Shown one piece after another: positions 12,458-26,019 of a DNA stretch of 64,000 nucleotides; positions within the stretch are counted from its first letter, which is position 1; the number at the start of each line of letters is the position of its first letter. Location: the NCBI RefSeq assembly GCF_018350175.1, contig NC_058368.1, positions 217,374,001 to 217,438,000 of the forward strand, read 5' to 3'. Source of the DNA: Felis catus. Its lineage: Eukaryota. The notes under the pieces were generated by a model. It worked only from the letters and a program-made list of their open reading frames with translations, was not told the DNA's origin and did not search any database. The position numbers and the translations under genes were made by a program.

Positions 12458-14229
12458 ATCAGGCATCTTTTTGAGACATGTCAGCTGTCCAAAGTTACAA
12501 TTGCTGATGCATCAATTATGAGATGGTAGACCTTTTCAAAGTAGTTCCTATAAACCCCAAAACTGACATGTATGTCGTTCTCAAAATATGTATGTGATTT
12601 ACAAAACAATTACTGTCTTAGATCTGCAGATTACTGGATGAAATTTTTGAAGCTGCTACTGACAAAGCACAGGGACTCCAAGGGACAGATAGGTTTTCAA
12701 AAGTACTTACATCAAATCAGAAACCCTGAAGCTTTCAAGGTTCATGGCTACTTCTTCATATTTTCTTCCATACACAATTTTTATACTTCATGGCCCAGAA
12801 TAAAGGCCTTTTTCTTTTTTGCATGGAATACTCCCCGAAAATCTAAGTCACAATTCACTAACCTCTCCTCTATAATTCACTCTCTATAGGTCATGTGTTT
12901 ATATTGCTGTCATAGTTCTTATCACATCCTTATCAGTACATTTATTTGATATATTGGCCTCTTTTTGCCCTCCCATTAATTTAACAGGAATTTACTAAAT
13001 AATCAACAACCACAAACCATTATTTTCCCAGTTCTAGTAACATTGCAATCTGGTTTCAAACTGTTACTAATTTAAAGGATAAACTTATTGTTTAGATTCA
13101 ATACACATCTAAAAATGAAATTAAACAGTTTTAACTCAATTGCAAAATATGGAAATGCCATAATTTCTACAGAAGCATCTATTTAGTAGATGCCCTTAAA
13201 GGTAACCGCCAGTAATCTTCCTGATCAATGATAATATAGATTGCTCTTGATTGTGGCAGCCTTTGGCTTTGGATATACAGTTGAAATGTTCTAATCCTAG
13301 TTGATACTCATCCAATAATTTTTAAAGAAGAAAAAGGGAGTTGTGAAAGTAATATCATGTCCAGGAATTACACAGATTTCTTCATAAATGATAAAAGTTA
13401 TAGACAATGAGAGAATGTAACTGATTACCTATATTCAGGCTACAGAGATTTAGGCTTCACCTAACACTGTTTAAAGGAGAAAGAAGGAGAAGGAGAAGGT
13501 GGAGGAGGAGAAACACAGCAAATACTTCTACTTCCAAATATTATATAATTTACATTTATATAACTTTCAATAAGTGAGAACTACAGTCCGGGGTTTTATA
13601 TGATGTAAATTATAAAAGCATGCTATAAATCACCGTCATGCTTACTGCCAATAAAAATGCTAAAGTGTAGGCCATATCTGTTCTAAGTGAAGAGCTCTGT
13701 TAATGACCCTGGGGGACAAGAAAACAGCACAGTCAAGGTCATTTTTAGACCATATTAAACTGTCAGGTAGGTCAGCAGAGCGGTTACAATACATCTAAAA
13801 ATATTATGGAAAGTGAAAGTTTATAAAATGTAATAAAAATGAGTTCAGTCGGGTAAAATGCAAAGTGAGGCATCTGTGAAAAGTAGTCATTTAATCAATA
13901 AAATCTGGAACATGTTGATTCTGACAGTGATAATGATCAGTAAACTCATGAAGTTTGCAATATTCTATGCAATGTTGCTTTGGGTTGCATATAATACCAT
14001 CTTCTTTGAAAAGTCCATGTGTGTTATTCCATTAAACTTCAAATTACCTTGTGAAATAAATATAGAATGATAATTTCTTAGATTGAAAGAGGTTTTGTGA
14101 CTTAACTGGGCCTGTAGCAGCAAGCTGGTGTTTCAAGTTCTACAGGCACAGGTAAGTCACATAAATATTTTTAAGACTATATTATAAAGGACTAAGGAGG
14201 AATGTATAAAGGAATATTTTAAGCAATGC

Positions 14230-14410
14230 AAGCATCCGAGTTCAGCTCAGGTCATGGTCTTGCAGATTGAGGGTCCGAGCCCTGCGTCAGGGGCTGTGCT
14301 GACAGCTCACAGCTTGGAATTGGCTTTGGAGTCTGTGTCTCCCTTTCTATGCTCTTCCCCTGCTCCCACCCTGTCTCTCTCTCAAGACTAAAGATATAAA
14401 AAAATTAAGA
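14230..14410 (+). mobile_element. 5'-truncated CanSINE
   Basis: Starts at aagcatccgagttcagctcaggtcatg; lacks the ggggcgcctgggtgg head. Confidence 0.88.
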
Positions 14411-15437
14411 AATACTGTGAAAACTGAACACTTTATATTCATACTCTTGAATGAAAATTGTTTTGGAGCATTTGTTTAGACCAAAGTTGAGTGACTCATA
14501 CATTTACTAAATAGACGAAGTAACTATAATATTGATAGTTTTAAATCTTCTTTTTAAATTATTATCTTTAAGTTTGCTTTTTTTGCACATATTGCAACCA
14601 TCAACATTTCCAAGATGGTATAAAATAATGATATGATGGTGCTATTTAGATCCCATTTGTCTCTGATTCTATTAAGAACATTTTCAAAATTATACTGTTA
14701 ATTACAATGTTCTATGTTAAAGATGATTCTAAAATGATACAGAGGCTGTCTGCTTCTATTGCTGTTTTATAATTATTTTATTTTTAGTGTTTCATTTTAC
14801 TCAAATTCTATTTCTGCATCATTCTACATTTTGTTTAAGCAGGTCTCTTCATAGTGCGGTTTCACACATTTTTTTCTATGATTTTAAAGAAATCACCATT
14901 GAGAGAGGCTGTTTCAAATAGTAGTTATTTAAAAATTCAATTAAGAATCTATTCAATATTTTCCAGTCACACTGACCTCTATCCGTTCCACAAAATTATT
15001 AAAAACATGAAGATATGCCCTACTTCACGACTTCATTAATTTTGTATGTGCTGTTCTGTTTCTGGTGTGCTTATTCCAATTCTCAATTCACTCACATTTT
15101 TTTTTTCATTTGATGGCTCTTCCTCCTTCTTAAGGACTCACATTAATGTAACTCTGTAAGAGACGACTTCCCCTTTGCTTGCTTCTTTGTTATTTTTCAC
15201 AGGACACTGCTTGGTTATTTATGGAATAATATGCAACATATATCATAATATCAAAATATACATTTATTTGCTAAATGTATTATTTTCTCTATGTGCTAAA
15301 GTTTATTAAGAACAGAATCCATGTTTGACTATCACGGTATCTGCATACAGGAGGTAGTAAAGGACGAGTAAATAGCCAAATTTGTCATAGTTACTTTGTA
15401 TTTGTTTAAAACCACAGGACCTTTTTGAAGCTGATAC

Positions 15438-15971
15438 CAGCAATAGCACCGCTAGGAATTTACCCAAGGGATACAGGAGTACTGATGCATAGGGGCACTT
15501 GTACCCCAATGTTTACAGCAGCACTTTCAACAATAGGCGAATTGTGGAAAGAGCCTAAATGTCCATCAACTGATGAATGGATAAAGAAATTATGGTTTAT
15601 AGACACAATGGAATACTACGTGGCAATGAAAAAGAATGAAATATGGCCTTTTGTAGCAACATGGATGGAACTGGAGAGTGTTATGCTAAGTGAAATAAGT
15701 CCTACAGAGAAAGACAGATACCATATGTTTTCACTCTTATGTGGATCCTGATAAACTTAGTAGAAGACCATGGGGGAGGGGAAGGAAAAAAAGTTAGAGA
15801 GGGAGGAAGCCAAAGCATAAGAGACTCTTAAAAACTGAGAACAAACTGAGGGTTTATGGGGGGTGGGAGGGTGGGGAGGGTGGGTGATGGGTATTGAAGA
15901 GGGCACCTGTTGGGATAAGCACTGGGTGTTGTATGGAAACCAATTTGACAATAAATTTCATATAAAAAAAA
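15438..15971 (+). mobile_element. 5'-truncated young L1 (L1_Fc-like): ORF2 C-terminus, 3' UTR, poly-A
   Basis: Translates to PAIAPLGIYPRDTGVLMHRGTCTPMF...KDRYHMFSLLCGS* (L1 ORF2 end); TSD gaagctgataccag/gaaactgataccag. Confidence 0.97.
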
Positions 15972-17044
15972 GAAACTGATACCAGAATCAATTTCAATGG
16001 AAAAATTAACAAATATTAAAAAAAACATGTATATAAAAATGTGCATTTGAATGGTTGTAGTCTAAGATAAAAATGAAATAAAAAGATTTTAGCAAAAGTA
16101 AATCTTTGCAAATTCCTCTGCCAAAAATTGCAGAGTGAACACAAAAATTGATAAATAATAAATTTTATCTAGACTAAATCTGAAATGGTGGCTCAAATTT
16201 ATAATAGTGTTTCCTGCATGTAGTTGCCTGGTATCATATAATAGATCCCAAATTACTTTAATAACTCCACTATGAGTTATAACACTGTACTGTGTGATAA
16301 GAGAGGACTTTTTTGGGAATATGGCAGAGAAGAATAGAAAAAAAAACTTTTGCTAAAGACTGGGAAATGAAAGATAACATATACAAATATCATTTTAAAT
16401 GCACAACTGAACCTGCAAAATCATAAACAAAATCACTAGGCACTAAAACAAATTTAAAAAAATGGGAGGGTGGTGTGCTTTTAGGGGAGTTTGATACCTG
16501 TGAGGATAGGGATTTAATTGATATACAGGGAAATAATGCCACTTAAGAGTGTTGGACTTCTGAGCCCAGCAGAAGGTAGAATTCTCAAAATAATGCACCA
16601 TGAGTAAAAATGTGGACTAGAAAATAACTTATGTCTACCAAAGATTAAAAACATAGAAACTTGTCTCTTGGGGCTAGACACTCAGGGAAACCAGCCAAAC
16701 ATTCTCCCTTAATAATTAGCTATCTATGACCTGCCCACAGGTGAAATGGAAAATACAAATTTACATTGTACTTCTGGTTTAGTAAATTCTAAGCCAATCA
16801 ATATATATAAAGTCCCTGGGTAGTAAGACCTTGTGTCACGAGGCAGATACAAACAGGAATACTTTCTGAAGGAATCAACCTTTAACTAAGACCTCAGAGT
16901 TTTCTCCCAAATAAGTCCTTACACAGGGTAATGAACTGATAGCCCAGAATTATACCACACAGAATTAAGCACACGATGGGAAGTCATACTCAGGAAAAGA
17001 GTATCTGGTTCAGATCCACAGGGAATTCAAATGAACAATGGTAA

Positions 17045-17083
<39 letters not shown>
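17045..17083. repeat. (AAT)n microsatellite
   Basis: Direct. Confidence 0.95.
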
Positions 17084-17084
<1 letters not shown>

Positions 17085-17382
17085 TGTATAATACATAATT
17101 TAACACCAGGAAAGTAAAGAGAAAGAAAAATCACAAATTCAGTCAGAGAGAAAACCAGTTGATTTACAAGGGCTACAGTAAATTCCCTATAGTGAATATC
17201 TTTTACTTTACTTTAAATTAGATGATAGTTTTCCCAAATATTATATACTCAATATAAGTTTTTGATGTTATCAGATGCATAGATTTTAGGCTTACAATCC
17301 AGTCATATGCCCATGATTTTAACGTGCAAACCAAGATATATAACATTTCACCATCCCCCCAAATTCCCAAAGTATAGAAGTC

Positions 17383-17385
<3 letters not shown>

Positions 17386-17423
<38 letters not shown>
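17386..17423. repeat. (CA)n microsatellite
   Basis: Direct. Confidence 0.95.
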
Positions 17424-17425
<2 letters not shown>

Positions 17426-19467
17426 GCAATTCATAGCCAGAAAGTTATAACAAAGATAAAAAGGAAGCATATTAAAGGGAATATATTAAAATTAAGAAAA
17501 TATAGTAAAAGTAACCAGCTGCAAGTAGAAGGAGGTAAAACACATTCTACACCATGGAACAACGACATAAATGACAGCTATTTCACAACGGAAACAAAGG
17601 AACAACATTTTTAAAATTTTGAAAAAATTAAAATGTCTATCAACTCATAATTCCCTATTCTCCAATTTCTTTAAAAGTAAGGATATTATAAACATACATT
17701 TAGGTAAAGGGAAGCTGAGACTTTGTTGACAGCAGGTCTGCAGGATAAGAAATGCTAGAAGAAGTTCTTCAGGAGGAATGGAAAAGACACCAGATGGAAG
17801 CTTGGAGTTACAAAAGAATGAACAGTTTTCAGAATAGCAAATATACGGATTAATAAAAAGACTGTTTTTTCCCCTCCTAATTCCTTGAAAGAGAATTCTT
17901 TAAGGCAAAAATAGTAATGTTACATGATGTGTTTATAACTATGTTTAAGTAAAATATGGCAACAATACTATAAGACTAGCAATACTAAAACATTACAAGA
18001 ATTCTATTGTTATAAATTGCGACATTTTACATGAACTGGAACAATATATATCAAAGCAAAATATAATAATATAATAGCATCTATTATAACCACCAGAATT
18101 ATCAATAAGTAGCAACTCATATGCCTAAGCATGGATATTCAATAGAAAAAATAAAATAGAATAGTAAATACATTGTTCCAGTTTCCCCAAAAATAATAGA
18201 AAAAGAAGAAATGAGAAACAAAATAAAACAAAAAAAGGAACAATAAGAAAACAAATGGATCGATGGCTTACTTAAACTCAATCATATCAGTAAATACACT
18301 ATTTTTGATTAAGGTATAGAATATTAGAGTATCTTCATGCTCCTTGTTTTCACATGTATCTAATCTACTTTTCAGTTAATAAGTTAATATTTAAAAATTA
18401 AAAAGTCAACATATTGATGATATTAAAGAGAAAAGCAATTAAATTAAAATATGTTTAAATGATAAGTAATTAAATGTATAAAATACATATGGAATTATGA
18501 AAATTAAAATGAATTAAAATTGCATAGGGTAAACATTGTGAATTCTGAAAAAAACAAAACCTTTCTTGGAGATTAATAAGCATTTTCTAAGAGCAAATGA
18601 TAAATACTTGTGATCTCTAAAACAGTACTGCATGGTTTAAGAGAGCTGGGTTCTAGAGTTATTGTATTCGAAAAAAAATTAGAGATAACTTGAAATGCTG
18701 TATTTTGTTATAGTCCTTCAGATATATAATTAACACCCCATACCAATTAAGAAGTTAGACGATTCAAAGAAAGTTTTAGTTCCTACAAACCCTAGTCTAT
18801 TTCTGGTTAAATCTGCTCTGAGGCTGTGGCTCAGCCAGATTCTCCCAAATAGCCTAGAATGTTCACCAGACTCTCTCATTCATAAAAATAGTAAACTTTA
18901 ATTTGGACTTTTGCCTTGTGATTCTCTAGCTTTGCTCAGCCTTATAGGTTCTCTGTTTTCAGTGTGGTGCTGATATCAGGCTCACCTATCTGAACCTGAC
19001 TTTCTTCTTCTCAATTTTGCCATCATAAATCATAATTGTCTTGGTAGCTCTGCAATGCCTTCTATCAGATTTTTAATTTACATTTATCATTTGTTTGTGC
19101 ATATTCATAGGATAACAGCACCTTGTCTCCAATTATGAGAACCAGAACCTAAACAGATTCTGTACTGAAAAAAAAAATGTGCAAGGGAATTCAGTTCAAC
19201 TTCAATTGGTGAACAAGAGGAAGGAGGCTTTGTTTATAATCATTAAAATCCAATTGTTTTGTTTGATAATTATAAAATTTCAAAAATTTAAAACAATTGT
19301 AAAATTTAAAATGATTTTATATGATGAAAGAAAACTTGGACAAATTCATAGTGGCTTAAAAATACTATTGGCTTCAAGGAAGAAAGAGTAATATTTATCA
19401 AAAATTAGTGAGTTTCTACTATTTGCAAAAAGACATTAGACATTAGGGGCATTAGACAGAGAAATTA

Positions 19468-19626
19468 GGGGAGCCTGGGTGGCTCAATTGGTTAAGCCTT
19501 CAATTCTTGATCTAGGTTCAGGTCATGATCTCACAATTGGAGGGTTTGAGTCCCACATTGGGCTCTGTGCTTACAGGTCTGGGCTTGCTTGGGATTCTCT
19601 CTCCCTTTCTCTCTGCCCCTCCCCCA

Positions 19627-19681
<55 letters not shown>

Positions 19682-19752
19682 CCCACCCCTTCTCTCCCTG
19701 TCCCTCTCTTTCTCACAAATTAAAGTGTAAAAAACCAGATAATATAAAAAAA
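19468..19752 (+). mobile_element. CanSINE with expanded (CT)n
   Basis: ggggagcctgggtggctcaattgg head; long CT run; flanks cagagaaattag/cagagacattag. Confidence 0.93.
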
Positions 19753-21570
19753 ATCAGAGACATTAGTTCCAATTATGTTACCCTTCTCATGGTGTAATCA
19801 TGGTTGACCACAAAGAAAAACATGGCAAAATGTGACAAAAGAAGTAATCAGAGTGTCAGCTGCCTCAGAGAGTAAGTGAAATCTATGCCCAAAGAAAATA
19901 ATTACATAATTGTTATAACTGTTTCTTAGGGAATATTTCTATTATAAATACTGTGATGAAAGGCAAATTATGCTAGCTTTTTAAACTAAAAGTTGTCCAC
20001 AAAATTTTCAACATCGTGTTCTTGATTCATTGCAAATTATTCATCACTCTCTTTATAGTTTCAACTCCCTGTCAGGGCAAGTTAAAAACAACAGTAATTA
20101 TTATGACAACAACATGAACATGTAAATAGAGTTTTCTTATATCAACAAACTGGTTTTCGTTTTGCTGTCTACAAATTAGAACTGACAGGGAGCAAGGAGG
20201 AGGGAAATTAATGTTCCATTAGTTCTTTATTTACAAATTTTTGCTAATTAAAAATTCAGGCAATTTTGCAAGGCAAATGCAAATATCTTACGGATCTGAC
20301 ACCTGGTACAAACTGTAGAGCTTACCATTATAGGCTTATTAGGAATTCATCACTAAAAACTCATAAGAAACTGATTCAGCAAGTTAAAGACAACTTTTCT
20401 AGGTCACGAGAGTTAGAAATTTGGAGTCCAGAATCCTCAAATCCAGTTCCTTGGATTCCAGAGCTCACCTCTCCTTCAGCCTAGAGTCCCGCTCTAGAGA
20501 TCATTACCAATGTTTGCCGTGGCTTTTTCAGAAACCATCTTCCTGGAAAGAATTTATTTTGCTTGGAACTCATTCCTATTTGTGACATATAGTTTTCCCT
20601 TTTTATATAACTTCATTTCCAAAAATTTTGTTACAAATTTTATATCTTAGCTTTTATTTATTTTGGAATATTTCATTTATTTTTTTTTCTCCTTATATTG
20701 CTACATAGATTCACTTTCCATCTTCTTTTAATGTTAACATTTTACATGCTAGCCAAGTGACCACGTTTAGGAAAAATAACTGTGAAGAGATTTCACATTT
20801 TAAGCACGGGAGAATGACAGCTTTTCCATTCAAGTGGTTCTACACCAGCTCTTCATAACTAAATGCAATTTGCCAGTTGTTGAGCCTTTCAAAAACACTA
20901 AATGAAGGGACTCTGGGGGAAAGGATCAAAATCTCTACCAGATGATAACAGTAGTGCTTTGTTTAAACCTCCAAAGTACAAAACTGTCAGGAATTATATA
21001 TTCTAAAATGTATGGTATTTATTATCTACCCCTACCCTCCTAAGTCAAGTGATCCAGTTGACTTTCTATATAATAAGAAATGCAGGTAAGCATAGTCACA
21101 AATTCAGTCTACTCTTCACAACATAATCCCTCATGTCCAGCTTTAAAAAGCATACATATTTGTCAAATATGTATCTATAATTATTGGTGCTGCCTTTTTC
21201 TGTGGTTATGTGTCATATTTTAATACAAAGCTGGTTTATCTATGATCTTCACCTTATAAAAATAGTTCTAATCAATGTAATCATTCAGATAATGAATTAT
21301 ATGCATCATTAGAAGACAGAATCACTAATAGGTTACTTTTGATTGCTAACTTTGAGGTATTCATAGCCCAGTGGTGGGTACAAACATAACTAGTACACAA
21401 TGGTCCATGATACCAAGATTTTGGTCTATAAGATATCTTTTTTTCTAGTTCAGAATCCAGCAAAACATCAAGTTTTTATTTTTAAATCAAACTGATTTTA
21501 AAGTTTGTACTAGATGTGGTGTGCTAAGTCAGCTTTTCCTAAAGGGTTCTGTTAATCTAGTTTTTCATAA

Positions 21571-21571
<1 letters not shown>

Positions 21572-21608
<37 letters not shown>

Positions 21609-21656
21609 CTCCCCCCCCCCCCCCCCCCCCCCCCCCCCCACATACACATACACACA
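21572..21656. repeat. Compound (CA)n-(C)29-(CA)n tract
   Basis: Direct; C run at 21611-21639. Confidence 0.93.
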
Positions 21657-21695
21657 AAACTACACTGACAGGATCCACAGGTTCTATAAAAGCCT

Positions 21696-21893
21696 GGGGT
21701 ACCTGAGTGGCTCAGCCAGTTAGTTGCGTGTCCAACTTCAGCTCAGGTCATGATCTCGAAGTTCTTTGAGTCGGAGCCCCACCTGGGGCTTGCTGCTGTC
21801 AGCCTGTCAGTGCAGAGCCTTCAGACCCTCTGTCCCCCTCTCTCTGTCCCTCCTCCGCTTGCACTCTCCCCAAAATAGATAAATACTTACAAA
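21696..21893 (+). mobile_element. CanSINE variant
   Basis: ggggtacctgagtggctcag head; ctgtcagcctgtcagtgcagagcc internal variant. Confidence 0.9.
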
Positions 21894-22477
21894 AGCCAGA
21901 AATTTATCTGGAACAAGATGTGCTGGGGGATTTAAAGACAAAAGGTTAAATTGAGAAGGTATGGGAAACTGAAAAGAATAAATTAAACAAACCCAAACAA
22001 AAACTCTCTTCCCAAAACATTGCTATTACATTTGCTAAATGTGTGACTGTACAAGTCCTGTCGATGATCAAAGCTTCCATTTCTACACAGGCAAAATGAA
22101 AACAGCAACATTACTCCCCTAATTTGAACACCAAAAAACTAATGTTTATAAATTAGTTAGTACAACATCTTGATAATTGTAAGTGTCCGATACATAATTA
22201 TTAGTAATTATAATGAAAACCTTAACAAATTGCCTTGAACCTAGGTCATATTATCATCTTCTTAGGTACCAAGTGAAATTGGAAGTTGAAAAGATTTTGA
22301 ATGTTACTTTAGCCAAAGAATTACCTGTTAGGTTCAAATACTTGTTTTTCCATTTTACTAAGTTATTCGCCATGACAAGTTTCCATAGTCATTTCTGCCC
22401 CATCCTCTCTTCCTTTTTATTTTTTTCCCTCAAATGTAAAGAGAACCACAAAGTAGCCTCTTTGAGAGACACATCTG

Positions 22478-22567
22478 GCCTTTTCTTTTTATATTGAAAA
22501 CTCTTAACGAAACAGATGTGTTGCCTTTTCTTTTTATATTGAAAACTCTTAACGAAACAGATGTGTT
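22478..22567. repeat. Perfect 2 x 45 bp tandem duplication
   Basis: gccttttctttttatattgaaaactcttaacgaaacagatgtgtt at 22478-22522 and 22523-22567. Confidence 0.97.
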
Positions 22568-22723
22568 AGCTTTCCTTCAAATCATTAACAGTGACTTTGA
22601 AGCCTCATTTGACGGGCTTATTATTTTATGTTTCCCACTAAAACTACTATTTTATTTCTCACCTCATTTTACTTGATCCTCTTTCTGCCTGACCTATTGA
22701 CTTTCTGACTCAAGTTCCTTTTC

Positions 22724-23030
22724 TTTTTTCTTTTTTTTTATATATGAAATTTATTGACAAATTGGTTTCCATACAACACCCAGTGCTCATCCCAAAAGGT
22801 GCCCTCCTCAATACCCATCACCCACCCTTTCCTCCCTCCCACCCCCCATCAACCCTCAGTTTGTTCTCAGTTTTTAACAGTCTCTTATGCTTTGGCTCTC
22901 TCCCACTCTAACCTCTTTTTTTTTTTTCTTCCCCTCCCCCATGGGTTCCTGTTAAGTTTCTCAGGATCCACATAAGAGTGAAACCATATGGTATCTGTCT
23001 TTCTCTGTATGGCTTATTTCACTTAGCATC
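22724..23030 (-). mobile_element. 5'-truncated young L1 3' end (L1_Fc-like), 16 bp TSD
   Basis: Reverse complement of the 3' UTR seen at ~15680-15971; TSD actcaagttccttttc at 22708-22723 and 23031-23046. Confidence 0.97.
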
Positions 23031-23839
23031 ACTCAAGTTCCTTTTCAATGCAGCCTAGAAAGGCCCTTTGAGTCACACATTTGTAAATATGGCAGGACAG
23101 TGTATGTAAACATTTGGAGACATGCTTAGCCAAATAATTAATAATTCGCCTTTGACAGAAAAAAAACGACTAAAAAGCACAAGGCATTCAATAATCTGCA
23201 TTTCTCTGTTCAAGGCACTGTTTTTCAAGAAAAAATGGCATTTTTAAGACTGAGAAATGTGAGTTCCTTTTTGAGCACTGGATACGACCCTTGTTCCTGT
23301 AGCAGTAGTCCGAATATTTCCTCAGTGGCCTTCTTTTCCTTTAATGCCCCAGTACTTGCTGCCTAAGTCACATATCTGAAAGGTGTGTGATATTTCTTAA
23401 TTCTTAATATCTCTTTTATTTGACATTTAGGCTTTGGTCTTATCATTAAGGTACTACTTGCCATCATCATTCTTTGTGTGCTTCTCTCACTACCTTGAAT
23501 ATTGTGATGCTAATTATGCCCAAATGTTTTCTTAATAGCAGCATGGCTCTTTGAAGGGTCTAGGTGATATGTCCACATTTTGCCTCAATGTACACAGATC
23601 GAATTTAATGACTAGTCTATGTTTTTACTTTTATAGCTCCTGGTTTTTGCATGATTATATTTTTAGTGCCCTGAGGCTATATTAAAAAATACAAGTGCAG
23701 AAAGCTTAAAGACAACAGTACAAGTGTTTCATTAAAAATACGTTTATACCATCCAATTTTATAGGTCTTTCTCCACAAAGCTTCTCTGTTAGTACACTTT
23801 ACCTCTTTAGAAAATTACACCATTTTCCTTGTTTTTAAA

Positions 23840-24090
23840 TCAGCAATAATATATAGCATTTATTGACTGCTTACATGGTAGAAGAAATATATTAAAAAAT
23901 GGTTATAAGCATTTTTTTCAGATTATCTTCATTATGACCTTAGGAGTATACGGAACTTTGTTTCACAAACGAGGTCATGCTGAGAGAGGTTAGGAAGTTT
24001 ACCTAACATTTCAAAGCTGTTCAAAAATAAGATATACATTCAGAAAATATGGAGACCTGAATACATATTCTAAACCACCAAACATATTAC
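23840..24090 (-). mobile_element. MIR fragment
   Basis: tagcatttattgactgcttac ... tttcacaaacgagg...gagagaggttaggaagttt. Confidence 0.55.
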
Positions 24091-24202
24091 TGTCTTGGTA
24101 ATGAGTACTGAGGAACATACAGGTAGAGTAATGTGAGTATAACACTTGTCGTGGACACAAAATGTATTTATTTTTTGTTTACTTCCTTACATATTTTTAT
24201 TT

Positions 24203-24256
24203 TTTTAATATTTTTAAAAGTTTACTTATCTGTTTTGAGAGAGAGAGGTGGGGGGC

Positions 24257-24288
<32 letters not shown>

Positions 24289-24420
24289 AGAGAATCCCAA
24301 ACAGACTCTGCACTGTCAGTGAGGAGCCCCAACGGGGCTGCAACTCATGATCTGTGAGATTATGACCTGAGCCAAAATCAAGAGTCCGATACTTAACTGA
24401 GTAAGCCACCCAGATGCTCC
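24203..24420 (-). mobile_element. CanSINE
   Basis: GA tract; ends agccacccagatgctcc. Confidence 0.92.
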
Positions 24421-24829
24421 TCAGGCACAAAATTTAAAGTGGCACCACAAATGCCAGTAACGAAGATTAAAACCTTTTCAATTCATTATTTTAAATAATC
24501 AATGTTAATGTAAGATATCCCATGATAAACCAAATATCAATATTTTGAATAAAAACAGTCTCAGTATTATTGATCTCTTGTGCCTCAGGCTCAAATGTGG
24601 CTCTTCATGAAACTGTATACTGCCTCCATCTTTATTTAAAATTTGGATATTTTTTCACCATGGTTTTTTGCACTAATTTTGAGTTCTTTACAAAAAAACA
24701 CACACACACACACACACACAACACATTGCATCCCAATATTATTTATTTCAATGACTGAGTTGTTGGTGCCTCCCTAAGTTTTGCACTTAGGACGAGTCCT
24801 TTGTTCACCTCGCCCTTGTACTAACACCT

Positions 24830-25215
24830 GGTATTAGGCTGAATTGCTCCTACTCAGTGGTAGTCATTAGAGCTCATGCTGGGGTCTCCATCTTGAGAGC
24901 ATACGTCCAGATGTACGTCTACTCTCCATTGAGGTTTAGCTTGTCCACGTGACTTGTTTCAGCCAATAAAATGTGAGCATGATTAGCATATGTCATCCTT
25001 TGCTGGAAGCTTTTGCAAGTCAGTGCAGTTTTTTATATTCTGGATGGCGGAGCCCTTGTCAGCCTCTGTTCAGATGAAGATGGGGCAGGGCAGATGGAGC
25101 TACAAGTCAGTTTGCAACGGACTTCAAATGAGAATTTGATCTTTTTAGTTTTATACCTGTGAGATTCGGCTTTTATTGTTGCTGCAGAATAGCCTAGCCT
25201 ATTTTCACTCATATA
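24830..25215 (+). mobile_element. MaLR LTR (MLT1 family)
   Basis: ccacgtgacttgtttcagccaataaaatgtgagc and terminal ttgttgctgcagaatagcctagcctatt. Confidence 0.7.
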
Positions 25216-26019
25216 CTCCCTCAGCAACTTCAAATCTTTGCTAAGTGTCATTTTCTCAGTGACTTTTATGCTGAGTCCCTATGAGAAATTGTAATCTACA
25301 CAAATATATCTTCCTCTGTACTTTGGACTCTTCATTACCTTGTTCAAGCTTTTCCAGAGAATATATCATCTTTTGACATGCATAATTGGTAACTTACATA
25401 TTATCTTTTATGCCTACATAACATTTGATGCTAAGCTTACAGGCTTATATTCTAATGAGCCAAAGTGCAAAAGTGTAATGCCAACTGACACAAGAGCCAA
25501 TAATTGGAACTGCCATTTTGGATTCACAGGAGAGAGCAAATAGGAAAAATCCAGAGCCCTGCTCATTCAGCAACTTCCTGATCAAGTATATCTCTGGATT
25601 CTAAAACTCACTAATGATATGCCAAGAATCTCAGGCTACTAGCTGTTCTCTAACGTGGACGATTTATTATAGAGTTTCAAAATACTTCTTAGTAATGCCA
25701 TTCTTAGGTTATAGATTGAATATTTGCCTTTTTATCAGCATAAATACAATTAAGGATCCCTCAGGTGGATGCTTCATTTCCTCTTCTGAGTTATAAAATG
25801 GCTAAAGTTATGTTAACCTTCCACAATTTGCTTTGAAACTCAAAGTTTTGGAAGCTTAGAAGAGCAGAACCTATTAACAAGCTCTCACGTAACTGACTTG
25901 GATTATATTATTCTGACTAAAAAACATATTATATTGAAATTATGTATCTAGGTGGCTACTCTTGAAGTCACCCATTTACTCACTAGCTTATTCATCAAAC
26001 GTCACTCTTGAGCAACATG

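Larger units (their letters stand above)
16310..18300 (+). mobile_element. Degraded ancient L1M (5' region/ORF1/inter-ORF)
   Basis: A-rich; aagctgagactttgttgacagcagg...aagaaatgctagaagaagttcttcagg...gaaaagacaccagatggaa resembles the old L1 ORF1 end; limits uncertain. Confidence 0.6.

Noticed and set aside
9620..12760. Less AT-rich unique-looking stretches with 67-105 aa ORFs (possible decayed pseudogene or ancient element)
   Set aside because: The translations I examined have stops and no motif I recognise; a translated homology search would be needed, so no call is made.
15425..15751. 108 aa ORF with strong protein-like content
   Set aside because: It is the C-terminus of L1 ORF2 in a 5'-truncated insertion, with a non-ATG start in flanking DNA; not a host gene.
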